From assembly GCA_017654855.1 (NCBI GenBank), contig CM030332.1, positions 6,138,001 through 6,202,000 on the forward strand: a stretch of 64,000 bases of DNA, given 5' to 3'. The stretch is from Podospora anserina. Taxonomy: Eukaryota. Position 1 is the stretch's first letter. Every line of letters starts with the position of its first letter. Both the position numbers and the translations under genes were made by a program. The notes beneath the pieces were generated by a model. That model made no database searches and had not been told where the DNA came from. It worked only from the letters and a program-made list of their open reading frames with translations. Below are positions 22,851 to 35,300 of this stretch, piece after piece.

Positions 22851-24514
22851 ATGTTGATGAAGAACGCGGTAGCGGCCCTGATGGGTTTGGCCATGGTTGC
22901 CGAGGCGGCATCAGTTCACCAGTACGGAACCCCGACAAGGACTGTAGGAAGACGGCAGTTTGGCAAGAAGAACAACTTCGGAAACCGCTTCGGTAATGGT
23001 CAGTTTGGTGGTGGCCAGAACGGCCAGAACAACAACAACAACAACAATGGCCAGAACAACAATGGCCAGAACAACAATGGCCAGAACAACAATGGCCAGA
23101 ACAACAATGGCCAGAATAACAACAACAATAACAACAACAACAACAACGGGGGGAACAACAACCAGGCGTCGGAGACTTGTCTGGCTGCGGCTGCTCTCCA
23201 GACTGGTTCTCAGTCTACCGGCCAGAACGGTGCCCAGGCTGCAGATGGTCAGGTCAACTCTGCTACGTAAGTTGTCAATGCCGACTTCATAAACTTTGTG
23301 ACCTGTTGCGAGACCTGGAGGTATATTAACAGTTGATAAATAGTGACAATGCCAACTTCATCAACTTCTGCCAGGGCAAAACATTGACCAACGGTCTGCA
23401 AAACCGGGATGGCTCCTGCAACGGTATCCGTAAGTTGCAGTCTTCTCAGCTGTGCTCCAACCTCGATCAGAACTAACACTACACAGCAATGGGTGAAATC
23501 CCCTCCGCCAACCGCATGGTCTCGACTGTCATTCTCAACCCCAAGAACGGCGATGATCTCGAGCCGCTCACGACCTTCCAGATTCAGGTCAATGTCGCCA
23601 ACATGCAGCTCGGCGCCTTCACCAATGCCACCAGCACCTACTACTCGGCTCCCCAGACCCTCAACGGAGGCGGCCAGATCATTGGTCACACTCACGTCAC
23701 TGTTCAGGACACTGGCAACACCTTGAACCCCACCCAGCCCCTGGATGCCACTGTCTTTGCCTTCTTCAAGGGTATCAACGATGCTGGTAACGGCAACGGT
23801 CAGCTCGCCGCTGAAGTCACTGGTGGTCTCCCTACTGGCTGCTACCGTGTCTGCACCATGTCCAGTGCTTCCAACCATCAGCCCGTTCTGATGCCCGTTG
23901 CCCAGCGTGGTTCCCAAGAGGACTGCCGCTACTTCTCTGTTGGTGGTGCTTGCGCCAACAACAACAACAACAACAACGGCGGTGGCAACAACAACAACAA
24001 CAACAACAACAACGGTGGCAATAACAACAACAACAACAACAATGGCGGTGACCAGGGCCAGAACAACCAGGGCCAGAACCAGGGCAACCAGGGGCAGGGT
24101 AATCAGGGGCAGCAGAACAACCAGGGCAACCAAGGTAATAACCAAGGCCAGAACAACCAGGGAAACCAAAATAATAACCAAGGCAACCAGGGCGCCGGAA
24201 ATCAGGCGGGCGGAGGTTCGGGGGCCGGAAACAACGGCAACGGCAATAATGGCGGCAACAATAACAACAACGGAGGCGGTAACGCCGGTGCCGCCATTGC
24301 CGGCATCCAGCCCCCTCCCGTGACCGACTCTGGCAACGCGGACCGCCCGTTCGCAGTCAACGGTAACACCTTTGTGACCAGGCAGGAGGCTCAGTTCCGC
24401 GCCTGCGCCATCCAGAACAACGCCTGCGCCGGCGCCGTCAACTCTGGCCAGGCTCCTGGTCGCACCGTCCCTGACTGCAATGCGCAAGAAGCGGCTTGCC
24501 GAGCGGCTGCTTAA
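22851..24514 (+). CDS. Secreted Cys-containing fungal protein with long N/Q/G low-complexity tracts; introns 23267-23343 and 23430-23486
   Basis: Signal peptide and strong C-ending codon bias. Spliced core reads NFINFCQGKTLTNGLQ..GSCNGIPMGEIP..GHTHVTVQ..FFKGINDAG..YRVCTM..NHQPVLMPVAQRG. The C-terminal Cys module is RPFAVNGNTF..RACAIQNNAC..CNAQEAAC. About 509 aa. Confidence 0.85.
23040..23114 (+). repeat. Coding minisatellite (AACAACAATGGCCAG)x5, encoding (NNNGQ)5
   Basis: Directly visible 15-bp tandem repeat flanked by (AAC)n. Confidence 0.9.
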
Positions 24515-24545
24515 GTGTGCTTTGCGCTTGTTTCTCAGCCTGGTG

Positions 24546-24572
24546 CACACACACACACACACACACACACAC
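24546..24572. repeat. (CA)n microsatellite in a 3' UTR
   Basis: Directly visible. Confidence 0.9.
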
Positions 24573-25911
24573 CACCTCCCAACCTCCCCCTCACAGCGGT
24601 CCGCTCCTTTGGGACTTGATCTCCACGAATTCGGTCCTGAACGACACTTGAGTTTTCGGAGTCTGTTTTTTATGGATGATACCCGGTTTTGTCTTGCTAG
24701 CGTCTATGCCTGCTTGCACGCCATGGAATGTCGCGGATGGAAACGTTGTGGTGGGGGATCTGGACAAAATTCAAGAGAAGGGAGTGTGTTGTGTTGTGTG
24801 TGTGTACCATATTTTTACCTTGCTTTTTTTTTGTTGGTTATTTTTTCTCCCCTCTTAATTTTTGGCCGTGGCTCTGTTGGTTATTGTTGATGATGATGAT
24901 TGCAGGCAGGCGGGCGTTGTGTTTTGTTGTTATTGAGATGGATGGATATGGAAGGATGGATGGAGGACAATCACCACCACCCCTATCGCTTAGAAAAGAT
25001 CTTTCCCATGTTTGGAGAGTCGTTTTGAAATGTTTTTTTATTTGGATATATTTTATTTCTCTTTTACATTACGGAGAACAGATGACGAAAAATGTAATTG
25101 TGATGGTAGTTTAGAGAGGTGGTAGGAGAATGTGAGCAAGCTGGAATTCTGAGGCTACCTGGTCTGTGACTGGGAGTGGAGGATGAAGAGCGAGTGAATG
25201 AGCAGGAACAGGGGATCTAACCGCGCCGCGAATAGTCAGGGGTCGGGGGGTCAGGTAGAGAAGCAAAACGAGGCCTTTTTTTTTTCTTTTTTTTTTTGCG
25301 CTCTGCAGATCTGAATTCGGGTGAGATCTTTTCCGTGAAGTGTTCCGTGTTGAAGGGTTTCATGCCTGTGTTTCGAATGGTGAGGGCTTGGGAAGGACGG
25401 GGGTGGGGTGGTGAAACGTGGGCAGGCGGGTATATAGGGGGTGACTTTAATCAGGTAAGGGGTCAGGGGCACTTGCACACATGTCTAAGCTCGTTTCCTT
25501 TTTTGGCTGCTTGGGTGAATGGGCTGCGTGTCTGAGATTCAAAGTAGTAGGTACATTGCAAGAAAGAGATGGGATGAACTGCTATGTGTTTGTGGGTATG
25601 TATTCCTCCCGAGTCGTCGTTAGTAGCTCTAACCTGGAATGCAAATAACTTCCAAGATGAGTGCTTTTGATGAATATACTTTTTATTTATTTACCATCAT
25701 TGAATTGCTCGTCACACACGCTCCTTCTATGCACACGCTGCTTCTATGTACGGTGGGTGGACGTGACTGCCTTCTGATGGAATTGCAGCACACATATTTC
25801 CCATCAGCCTTTTGAGTTTCTCTCCCAATCTTCCACCGTCCACTAACATTCTGACCTCGACCAACCGACCAGCATTTTCAAAGAATACCGCTGCCGGACA
25901 CTCCCATTGTC

Positions 25912-27476
25912 ATGCTTTTCCCTCAGAGTCTGGTTCTGCCGGTCGCCAACGCCAGCAGCATGGCGACAGCAAGCCCTCTGACATCTTTCCCACCAACCCT
26001 CAATCCAGCTATTATGTCACCCTTGACCTGGGTACGCCTCCTCAACCAATACGCCTCACGTTAGATACCAGCAGTCCAGGCCTCTAGGTCTGGCCGCCGG
26101 CCAATATTATCGACACCAGCCCCCCAGGTGGCAATGGACAGGAACAGTACCTACCCAGTCGATCGGACACGGTGGAACTAGCAAAGTCTGCCATGTTTCC
26201 CATTAGTGAAAGCCACAAGCACGTCCCAACGGGCGACCCTTTTGGCCGAGGCAATCTCAAAGTAGATGTGCAAGGCACGATTTGGAAGGACACTCTACGT
26301 ATCCCCGCCACACATGATGTATCGATTGAGGGCATGTCCATCTCAATTGGGATGCCCAGTTACAGTACTTCTTGGAATGCAGACGGCACGCCCGCTCCCA
26401 ACAAAACCGGCTTCGTACCCGGCGTGTGGGGGGATTACGGTGGTGCGGTTGGTTTTGAAAGGGGAAGCACCTATATGTAGAGGTTGTGTAAACGGAGATA
26501 TATTCAGTCGAATGTGTTTGGCCTTTTCTTTGGGGATGGCTACCAAGACCAGGGGAATTTGGTACTGGATGGCGTCGACGTGGGCAAGTTTACAGGGCCG
26601 TTGGAGTTTATTCCGACACCTGAGCTGACGGCTGCAAACAGCCCTATGGACGGAGGGTTTGACACGTACAGAGTTTGGCTGGAGTTCTTGGAGTTTGACA
26701 GTGGGGCATCTTTTGACAATGTCATGTCTGTCCACTACTTAACCGGGCCTACAGCAGACACTCGCCCGCCTTAGACTATCTTTGCAACGTCTTCAACAAA
26801 TGCCGACAGACCTGCAAAAAATAACCACACGCATGGCACTATCCTTCCAACGCCTTCAACCATCGTCTCAACACATTCAACAGATACCAGTAGGCCTATC
26901 AACAACTCACCTCACAGGTACGAGAACTCCCGTATCCCCGTGGGCCTCGAGACCTTCAACGGTTTGACCTACCTTCCCCCGGACCTGGTCAGAGCCATCT
27001 CTACTGACCTGACGACACCGTTCTGGGGGCCGGGTTATGATGGTTTGGACAGTCAGCAGCCTGCAAGGATACCATGTTCTTGGTTCCAGAAGGAACACTC
27101 GCAAGCCAAGTTTACCTTTGGGTTCAAGACGGAGGATGGTAGGAGGGAGGTGGTGAGAATTGAGGTGCCGGTCACGGACTTGACATATGTGGTGGCAGAG
27201 ACTGGGAAGAGTGAGCTGTGTGCTCTGGGAATTGTTGGCACGGATGAGCGCAATGCGGCGCTGGGGACGGGGGTGATGAAGAATGGGTGCTGGGTGTTGG
27301 ATGCGAGTGAGATGAAGGTGAGGGTTGCGAGGGGGGTGAATTGTGGGAGTGAGATTCTTCAGTGGGAGGAGGGGAAGAGATACGAGGGGAGATGTGGGGA
27401 GGGAAGGACGGTGGGCGGAGGGCCTAGGAAGAAGAATGGGGCTAAAGATGGGTATGATGGGGGGTATCATGAGTAA
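25912..27476 (+). pseudogene. Pepsin/yapsin-like (A1) aspartic protease homologue interrupted by three in-frame TAG codons and a probable 5' frameshift
   Basis: One reading frame carries YYVTLDLGTPPQPIRLTLDTSSPGL*VW, YIQSNVFGLFF..GNLVLDGVDVGKFTGPL, LETFNGLTYLPPDLV and CALGI..LGTGVMKNGCWVLD. TAGs are at 26085, 26478 and 26772. Confidence 0.8.
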
Positions 27477-28121
27477 TTCTGTTTCCTGGGATGTATGGGG
27501 ACTTTGATGTGTGTGGTGATGCTTTCAGACCTCGTTTTCTTATAAACAGGTCTTGACAGATGGTCAATAGGCTTTAAATATGGTCGACAGGTGTTGGGCG
27601 AAAGTCAAGAGGCCTCAAAACATAGCTATTGACGTCAGAGATGGTCCAAAAAGCTTTTGATTCCGTTGTCATGTCTTGAGCAAATCGTAGGTGTGTTCAA
27701 ATAGATAGGTAGACCGTAAACAGCTAGTTTGTTAGATTGATAGAGGCCTTCTTGAATCGGCATGGGGGTGGGTGGGAGAGGTGTTTGGAGGCTGTCATTC
27801 TGCACCGGGGATGACGTGGAGGAGTTGGCGAAGTTAGTATGGTTATGTTTCTTTTCACGACGTCTGTTTAGATGTATTTAGGTGTAGAAGTTTGTTATGG
27901 TCTGGAGGGATATGCTTTAGTTTGGTGGCTCTTGTAGCAATTGATCTTTGCCTCGTGAAATAACATGGTTTCTTTTAGGTGGCGGCGGTTTTGGCTTCTG
28001 GTCGTGATGTGACAATAATGAAGAAGGGAATAGGGGCTGCTTCGTTCGAGCAAGCAGTATTAGTTCTCGGTGATATGATCAATATCCTGCCACAAAATCA
28101 TCAATTCATCAATGGATTCAA

Positions 28122-28212
28122 GGGCCGCTGGTCTAGTGGTATGATTCTCGCTTAGGGTACACCCTACAGCATTGCTTGCGAGAGGTCCCGGGTTCAATCC
28201 CCGGGTGGCCCC
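28122..28212 (+). tRNA. tRNA-Pro(AGG) with a 19-nt intron (28158-28176)
   Basis: GGGCCGC/GTGGCCC acceptor stem, TGGTCTAGTGGTATGATT A-box/D arm, CTCGC-TTAGGG[intron]T-GCGAG anticodon arm, GGTTCAATCCC B-box, and a downstream T-run. Confidence 0.95.
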
Positions 28213-29143
28213 CATTCTTTTGGCAATTTTCGGTATTATGGTTGGTGGGTGGTGCTGTTTCTATTGTGTTTCTCGGTTGAGATTGTAGAGTTGCCGTCTT
28301 TTTTCGTTGGCCGACTGTGGCATCTCAGAATGAGTTCAACAATGGGACAATTTCGTGATAGCGGCTTATGTAACCACCACCGTCCACCGTTACCGTTACA
28401 CTCCCCTTGCCGCCCAGGCGACCCCTGACGGTGCAAGGGTCGCTCGGGCCGGCAGGGGTTTGGGCAAGAACATCAAGAACATCCGCGTGGGCGGATGGGG
28501 CAGGGTTCATCCCTCTCCAATCAATTGTCGCCTGATTGAGACTCGTCTTGATGGATGGAGAGTTGATGTCGAGTCACTGAAGATATTTAGGGGTTTTCGA
28601 TTCATTTGTAAGGTATTTTGGATCATTACTCCGTAGAGCAGGATTGTGGCTGGCGAGTTGTAACCGCCTGACATTTCGTCTCATCGTTTCAAGCCTGAAA
28701 CTGTCACCAGAAGTGGGAGGCCAGAACGGAACGGCCCCGCATTTCCCTTTTTTTTCCAGCGCTGTCGCATCTGAAACTCTTGGTGGCTTTTTCTGGTGGT
28801 CGGGTTGCCCTTTGGCGCCGGCGTAACCGTTCGTGTTGCCGTTGTCGCCTGACGCTTCATTCTCTTTTCCTCTCCTTCGCGTTGTCTTGGTGTCTTGGGT
28901 TTCGTTCGTGTGCTGTCTTGTCTGGACCGGTCCATTTGCTTCTCTCCCTCCCTCTCCCTTCTTCTCTTCTTTTGACGTTAGGTGATTGATCACCCGTCTC
29001 TACCTACCGGTATACCGTACACACGTTCTTTTTTTGATACTACAGCCTGGAGCTGCTTTTTTTTTTGCGAATACCCGCTCATTAATTTACGTTTACCTAA
29101 TCCGATACATACATACAAATACTTCGACGAAAAAAGAGACAAA

Positions 29144-29379
29144 ATGAAGTTCATCGCTGTTGTCATGTCGCTTTGCGTCTCCCTCGCCAGCGCGGGAGTG
29201 GTTATCATCCCCATCAAGCCGGAGCAGGTCGTTCCCAAGGCGTCGGAGGATTGTTACTTTGGGGTTGTAACGCCTATGGGGTGCGGGTATGTTGTTCCCT
29301 TTCTTTCTATTATGGGGGTCTTCTTTGGTTCTTTTGCTGACTTTGTTTGTGTTTGTGTAGACCTCTCAGGAACAACTAG
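29144..29379 (+). CDS. 53-aa small secreted peptide with two Cys; intron 29287-29360
   Basis: AAAATG start context. Spliced product is MKFIAVVMSLCVSLASA-GVVIIPIKPEQVVPKASEDCYFGVVTPMGCGPLRNN*. The intron is GTATGT..GCTGAC..TAG. Confidence 0.8.
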
Positions 29380-30161
29380 ATATCATCACCTCTCGGCACA
29401 AACATGATGTGATTGGGGACATGCTCTAGCCCAACGATGGAACCGGACAATCGATGGGAGCAAGCGCCTGCGGTGTGAAAAGAGGAGAGTTTGTCGGACT
29501 TGCACGGGATGGCTGGCTTGGGGGCTGCTCAAATGGATCGCGGAGCAACCTGTTGAACTTCAGATGGAATCGACGTCGGATAGTTTCTCGCCAACCGACA
29601 GGACTATGAGAAGGAGCCGGGGAATGCACGAGTTCAATCAGCAAAGAAGGCCGATATGCTTGTAGAGCAGCAGCGTCTGATGTATGCATCCTGCGGTTTA
29701 CATCGTTGGTCTGCTTGGATATCTGGGCTTTTACTATGTTTGGGGAGGAGGGGGTTTATGTGATGGGATATTCGATTCTTTTGATACCTCTACTTTTGAG
29801 ATGTATATTATTTCTGGGAGTATGCCTGTACATTCAAGCACCTACCCGTCTACCATCATATCCAGTTTATCGTGGTTCGGATAATGACTGCGATAAGCTC
29901 GGGCGATTCCTAGCAATTACTTTCACATGAGGATACATGTGTCTGATCCGACTCCGAATAACTCCAAGAACGTTCGAAGCTTTATTCAACATTAAGTATT
30001 TCATTGGGGATATTCATACAATATCCACACCGGCAAACGGCCCATTCCGCCTACCCCTATTTTTGCCCAACCAACTCCTATCATCAAATATTGTTCGTCG
30101 ATTACCGTATGAAGGCTGTGTGTGATATATGTACTTCCATAGCTTTGAGCTCTCCTCAGGT

Positions 30162-30754
30162 TTAGGCAGGAGGAACGGGGGCAGGAGCCTCGGTCGAGCT
30201 CCCCTGTTGAAGACCGGGAGAAGGGGGGAGGAAGAGGGGAAGGTAGGTAACGATTAGGGACATCACTAGTTACAAAAGTTAGCTTCGCTGTGCTGCGGGG
30301 GTGGCGGCATTATTGGGGGTTGAACGTACATGACATGCCCACGGCAAAGTATCCAGGGGAAGAGTTGCTCTTCTTGGTCTCTTCAGACTCTCCAAGCCAG
30401 GACTGGAGGGAGAAAGCAACAGCGGCCCTAGAGTTGAGGCGTCATGTTAGATCATGCTGAAATGTCGTGTGCGCAAAGAGATGCGACAAAGTGCTGCGGA
30501 AAAGGACAGTTGCTCACCATCCAACATAGCGGTTGCGCATGAAGATAGCCGCCATTGGTAGAGTGGAGGAGAGAGTTGAGGCAAGCTCGGGGTTGTCCCC
30601 CTTGCTGGCGGGTTCTTGAAAGGGGACAACTATTCCATCGCGAAACACATATCAGCATTAGTTGGGTCCTGTTCTTCAATTGCACCAAGTGGTTGGCTCT
30701 GATGGGGATATACGTACTCAAGTCCGGTCTGCGGGCATCTTTGGTTGAGGCCAT
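30162..30754 (-). CDS. UPF0139/Asterix (PAT complex subunit, WDR83OS-like) small ER membrane protein; introns 30630-30717, 30428-30517 and 30266-30329
   Basis: Missed as a whole by the ORF track. Three canonical introns give 116 aa: MASTKDARRPDLIVPFQEP..LSSTLPMAAIFMRNRYVGWAAVAFSLQSWLGE..PGYFAVGMSLMSLIVTYLPLFLPP. The RRPDL and VTYL motifs are typical of this family as I recall it. Confidence 0.82.
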
Positions 30755-32305
30755 TGTGAATAACTTGTATGTCTGACCTTTGCGCAACTGGGACAGCTAG
30801 CTGGTGACGATGTTGATGCGATCAGGTCCAGAGAGACGTGTTTGGAGTAGCGTGCGCTGGAGATTGATTACGTGAACCCAGACCCCCAGCCGATCTCTCG
30901 CTGGGAGTGGCTCCACAGTTAGAGATCCAGCTGGGGCGGGCTTTGCGCTAAAAGACACCCCCACTATTCACTTGCTCTGTCGTCAACGGATATTGGAGAA
31001 CTCAAGTCTTTCGGATGCGAGGGGCAAACAACCACCACCCTCATTCCATTTCCAGGTTCCGTTACGATAATCATGGAAATGGAAATCTGACCCTTCCCCC
31101 CCCCACGTTGACAGATGCTGTCCTCTGGCAGCGCAGCAGCTCAACGAGGAAGGTCAGACGACACCCGACTGGAACCTGGAATTTGGAAAGACTTCCCGTC
31201 AATATCAGACTGGCGGACTTCAACAACGGCGGCCAAATCCTAAACCGGCTGCTCAGTCGAGATCCCTCATATTTGTCCGAGAATTCAGCATCAGCTCCAG
31301 GCGAGACTAGGCGAACGTCCTGATTCGGCAGCACACAGGTGCCGTTTCTTATCATGACTAATATAGCAGAACGGGCGGAACGGTCTCTCGCCCGCGATCT
31401 GTAGCATCGGAGAGTTGATCAGCACTTGCTTGTCTCTCACAGAAGGTTGCACAGAAATCATAAACGTGTAGGGTGTACCCCACCATGATGCATACGATAT
31501 TGTTGGACATCCATGGACTCGCCTTCGCACCTAACGCACGCAAGAGCAAACACGCCGTGGGCGAAATACGAGAGGGGCTTTTTTTTTGATGGCAGTAAAC
31601 ACCTCTCTGTTCGACCGATGGGGTAAGCAGCCTCGCAGCTGCAGGCTGGCAGCTCCGTCGGGCTCCCCCGTGCAAAGTGATGGGGGTGGTGGTCATCCTC
31701 GTGCTGGAGATATGTAATTGGAGCAGCGTAATCGTAACACAGCCGACACTGGACGGTGCCCGTGGAAGAGACCTGTGAGGACACCCTTGCAGAGGCCCCA
31801 CCAACTGTCCAACTGCCCGCAACCCACAATCTGCAACCCGCAGCAGCGCTTCAGGCCAGTGAGCAGCACAGGCGCACGCCATTGCCCAGCGCTACACTAC
31901 GTTAGGCCGGTCGTGCTTCCGGGACCCGACCTCCTGTCCCACGACGACGAACATGATTGCCAACCTCAGCTCACATCTTTCCTGTGCTCCTCCAACACCC
32001 ACCTCTCATCTGTTCTCACTCTGCACACCTGGACAGACAAACACGAATTTGAACTCCTCCTCCCTCTTTTGACACACGACCGGCGACAACGTTCCTCGCC
32101 TACCCAAAGGAAGTCGGCCACATCCAACCTAGTTCCAGCTTCTCCCGAAGCCGCCCGCTGCCCCATTCGTCCATCAGATCCCGGGCAGGGGCCAGGCTCC
32201 GACCGACATCCCAGCCTACCCGTCCGAGATATCTGATCGCCGACCGACGGAGAACGTCCATCTTTTGACCTCACCTTCACCCAACACCACCAACATCGAA
32301 CGGAC

Positions 32306-32335
32306 ATGGCGCAAGTGCTGGTCCTCACGAGATGA
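32306..32335 (+). promoter_or_regulatory. 9-codon uORF (MAQVLVLTR*) whose stop overlaps the MED12 ATG
   Basis: ATG GCG CAA GTG CTG GTC CTC ACG AGA TGA. The TGA at 32333-32335 overlaps the ATG at 32332-32334. Inclusion in the mRNA is assumed. Confidence 0.5.
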
Positions 32336-35300
32336 CCTCCCGGCCCCCACTGGGCGTCCAGCAGCGACAGCCCCAGCAGCATTCGCTGGCCGGGCCAGGT
32401 TTGTCGCAACGGCCGGCAGCGCATCAGCGCGCCCTCTCACAGCAGCAGCAGTTCCTGCCGCCGTCACCCATACGAAAAGAGACAGGTTCGTTCGAATTCA
32501 CTCCGCCAGATTATAACGATGGCGCAAACACGAGGTATCCGGGCCAGCGCCGCGGCGGTTCGCGCCTCAAGCTCGAGCTGTCGCACGAGTCCCTCGAGTC
32601 CATTACCCATACCGGCATCATCGAGTCGCCCAACGCCATCGACACCTCGAAACCCTTCACTCCCTCTCGCATGATGCTCCCTACCGACTCCTCCGACCTG
32701 GGCGACATGAGCCCACACTTTTCCCATCTCCCGACCGTCGATCTGGACGCCCCTTTGCCCATGCCCCAGCGCCGGTTACGAATCACGCTTCCCCGTCGCG
32801 ACCCCCCACCGATACCTTCTACCACGACAAGAAAAGACGTGCCGCCGAAGCCATACCAAGTCGAGGTACCATCTGCTGCTCCGCGCTACTATACACATGG
32901 CAAAGTCGAAGCCCGGCCACGAAAAGGCGGCACCGCTTCTACAGCGGGACATCTGGCTCCTCCTCCGTCGATTGGCTATGCAGACTTCTATCCCTGGATG
33001 GGAAATCATCCAGAGGATCAGTTTTCCGAAAATGTTATTCGACAGGGCCACTTTGACAAGCCAGCGTTCAACCCCGATACGCAGTTGGGCAAGTACGCCA
33101 TATTCCCGTCGATGAAAGGGGCAAACAGTTCGCTCCATACACTCTCCGCCATATTTACCGCCGCTCTGGGAGCAAGAAGAAACAACGGCCAGATCGCGTC
33201 TCATTCGACCTTTAGGTACCCGCCTCGAGTGACGGTTACCGACACAAAGAGGGAATTATGGCTGAAGGATCTTGCCAATCCTGCTTCCTCCCTTCGAAGG
33301 CTTGCTCGAACCATCCCCCATGGCCTCCGAAACCAGGCCTTGCTCGAACAGTGCTTGAACAAGAGGATTCCGTTTGAGCGCGCGGTGTGGTTGATACAAT
33401 GTGTCGGTGCGAACGAGCTACGGACCTGCAAGCGGAAGGGCGTTAGTCTCGCCCAATCTTTCGCTGCTGAAGTCCGTTGGATTAAGGACTGGACGGTCTC
33501 CGTGCAGAAGTTCGTTGAAAATGTGCTCTTCTCCTTTGACGACAAGGACTGGAAAGCCAGGGTCCAGTACGTGGTTCTTCTGGCTACACACCTATACGAG
33601 CAATATTTGCTTGATCGGGAGACGTACATGGAGTGGCTTGTCTCCAGTTTCGAAAACAGCAATCAGAATCGGCTTCCCATGTGGATGCTCATCACCGAGA
33701 TATATTGGAAAGATTTACTCAAGCTCAGGAGATATGGACGGAGACTGGTCACCGCTCTTATTAGTCATCATCAGCTGGTGAGTGGCTTTGGCCTGATATA
33801 TTTCAAGACGCAACCTCCTAATCGTGATATAGGTCTTCAACCATCCGGACAGAGACATATTACAACCGCTGCTTTCAAAAACAACAACACTGCTCAATAC
33901 ACTGATACTAAGCAGTCCGGAAAACTTCGTATCGCCTTCTGTTTGGTCAAAATATCGAGACACGATCAAAGCATGCTTGCCAGTTGGTGATACAGAACGG
34001 CATGACGCCTTCGCAGCTATTGGGTCTCGAAACGAGCAGCTCATGGCATCTGGAAACAGATCACAGCCGGCCGCCCGCCACATATTAGTGCAGTGGTTGG
34101 ACAGGAACACTCAGGCACCCATGTCGGAAGAAGGGCCTGCGAATTCTTGGAACATTTCCAAGGACAAATCTGCGCTGGCAAGGGCCCTGCTGGAGTGGTG
34201 CACTTCGCTTTACCGCCCAGGAAAAACGAAAGTCTACATCGCCGGTCAGCTGTTGCAACACTGGAGCATGTTGGGCTTGGACGTCACCACCGAAATCTTG
34301 GATTTTTTAGATGCCGACCCTTGTGCGCAAAAGGAGCGCAAAGACCACCTCTATCATCTTGTCTGCGAGCTTGTTCGCTCCAACGACTTCTCTGTGCCGC
34401 GTTACATCCAATGGCTCAGCGCAAGGGGAGGTATAACTAATCCTGAGGATATTCTGCCTGATGGACCGGCATCCACGCGGCTTCTTGCAGAGATTCCTCC
34501 TTTCGGCCTGTCGAGCGAGCAGAGGAATCTTAGAAGTGGAATGCTTCGACGTGCCTCGTTCAGCGTGGACGATGAAGCACGAGACGCAGAAATGGCTCTA
34601 AAGTTAGTGAGGCAGTCCCTAGGCCTCCCCCTGGATCCAGCAGACCCCATCCGGCAGCGAAAACCACGGAGTATCAATAAAATCAGCCAGCAAATACAAA
34701 CCGCAAGTCGAGCACTCAAGGCAGAAATCGGTCGCTGGCTCCGGGATAGTGTGGCTTCCACATATGGTGGGAAGGACAAGACAGGGAGCAGTGGCCCTGG
34801 AGCATCGCCGACGTTATTTGGCAGCATTCGACAAATCCTCGAAGCTGCTGAGGATTTGTCCATGCTTGCAGACGTTCTGAGATCGCTCATCTCCAACGCT
34901 TGCGTAGAGGTACTGACCGCCATAGCGAACACGGTCAACCGACACTTCTTCATCTTCTCGGCTTTGGGTGTCTCCAAAGGACTTTTCAACGACTTGAGCA
35001 AAAAGCTCAGGGCTGTCTATCTGGAGCAGGGACCTGGAGCCCGACCACTGTTGGTCTCACTCGTCTCCCTAGCCCCGAGAATACCTGGGATGGACGAGCT
35101 GGCCACACAACTCAGGAAAGATTTGGCACTTAGCAGTCGTCAAAATCCCGTGGACGCCTGTTCGCCTGTTTCGGACAATATGATTGCTCGGCTGCAGGAT
35201 GATAGCAACGACTTGCACGAGGAGATCGAGAAGCTGCTGGCTGCCGGCACAAGCGTGGACAGGAAAACTATGGAGAACCTGTTCCAGACCATCATCCAGA

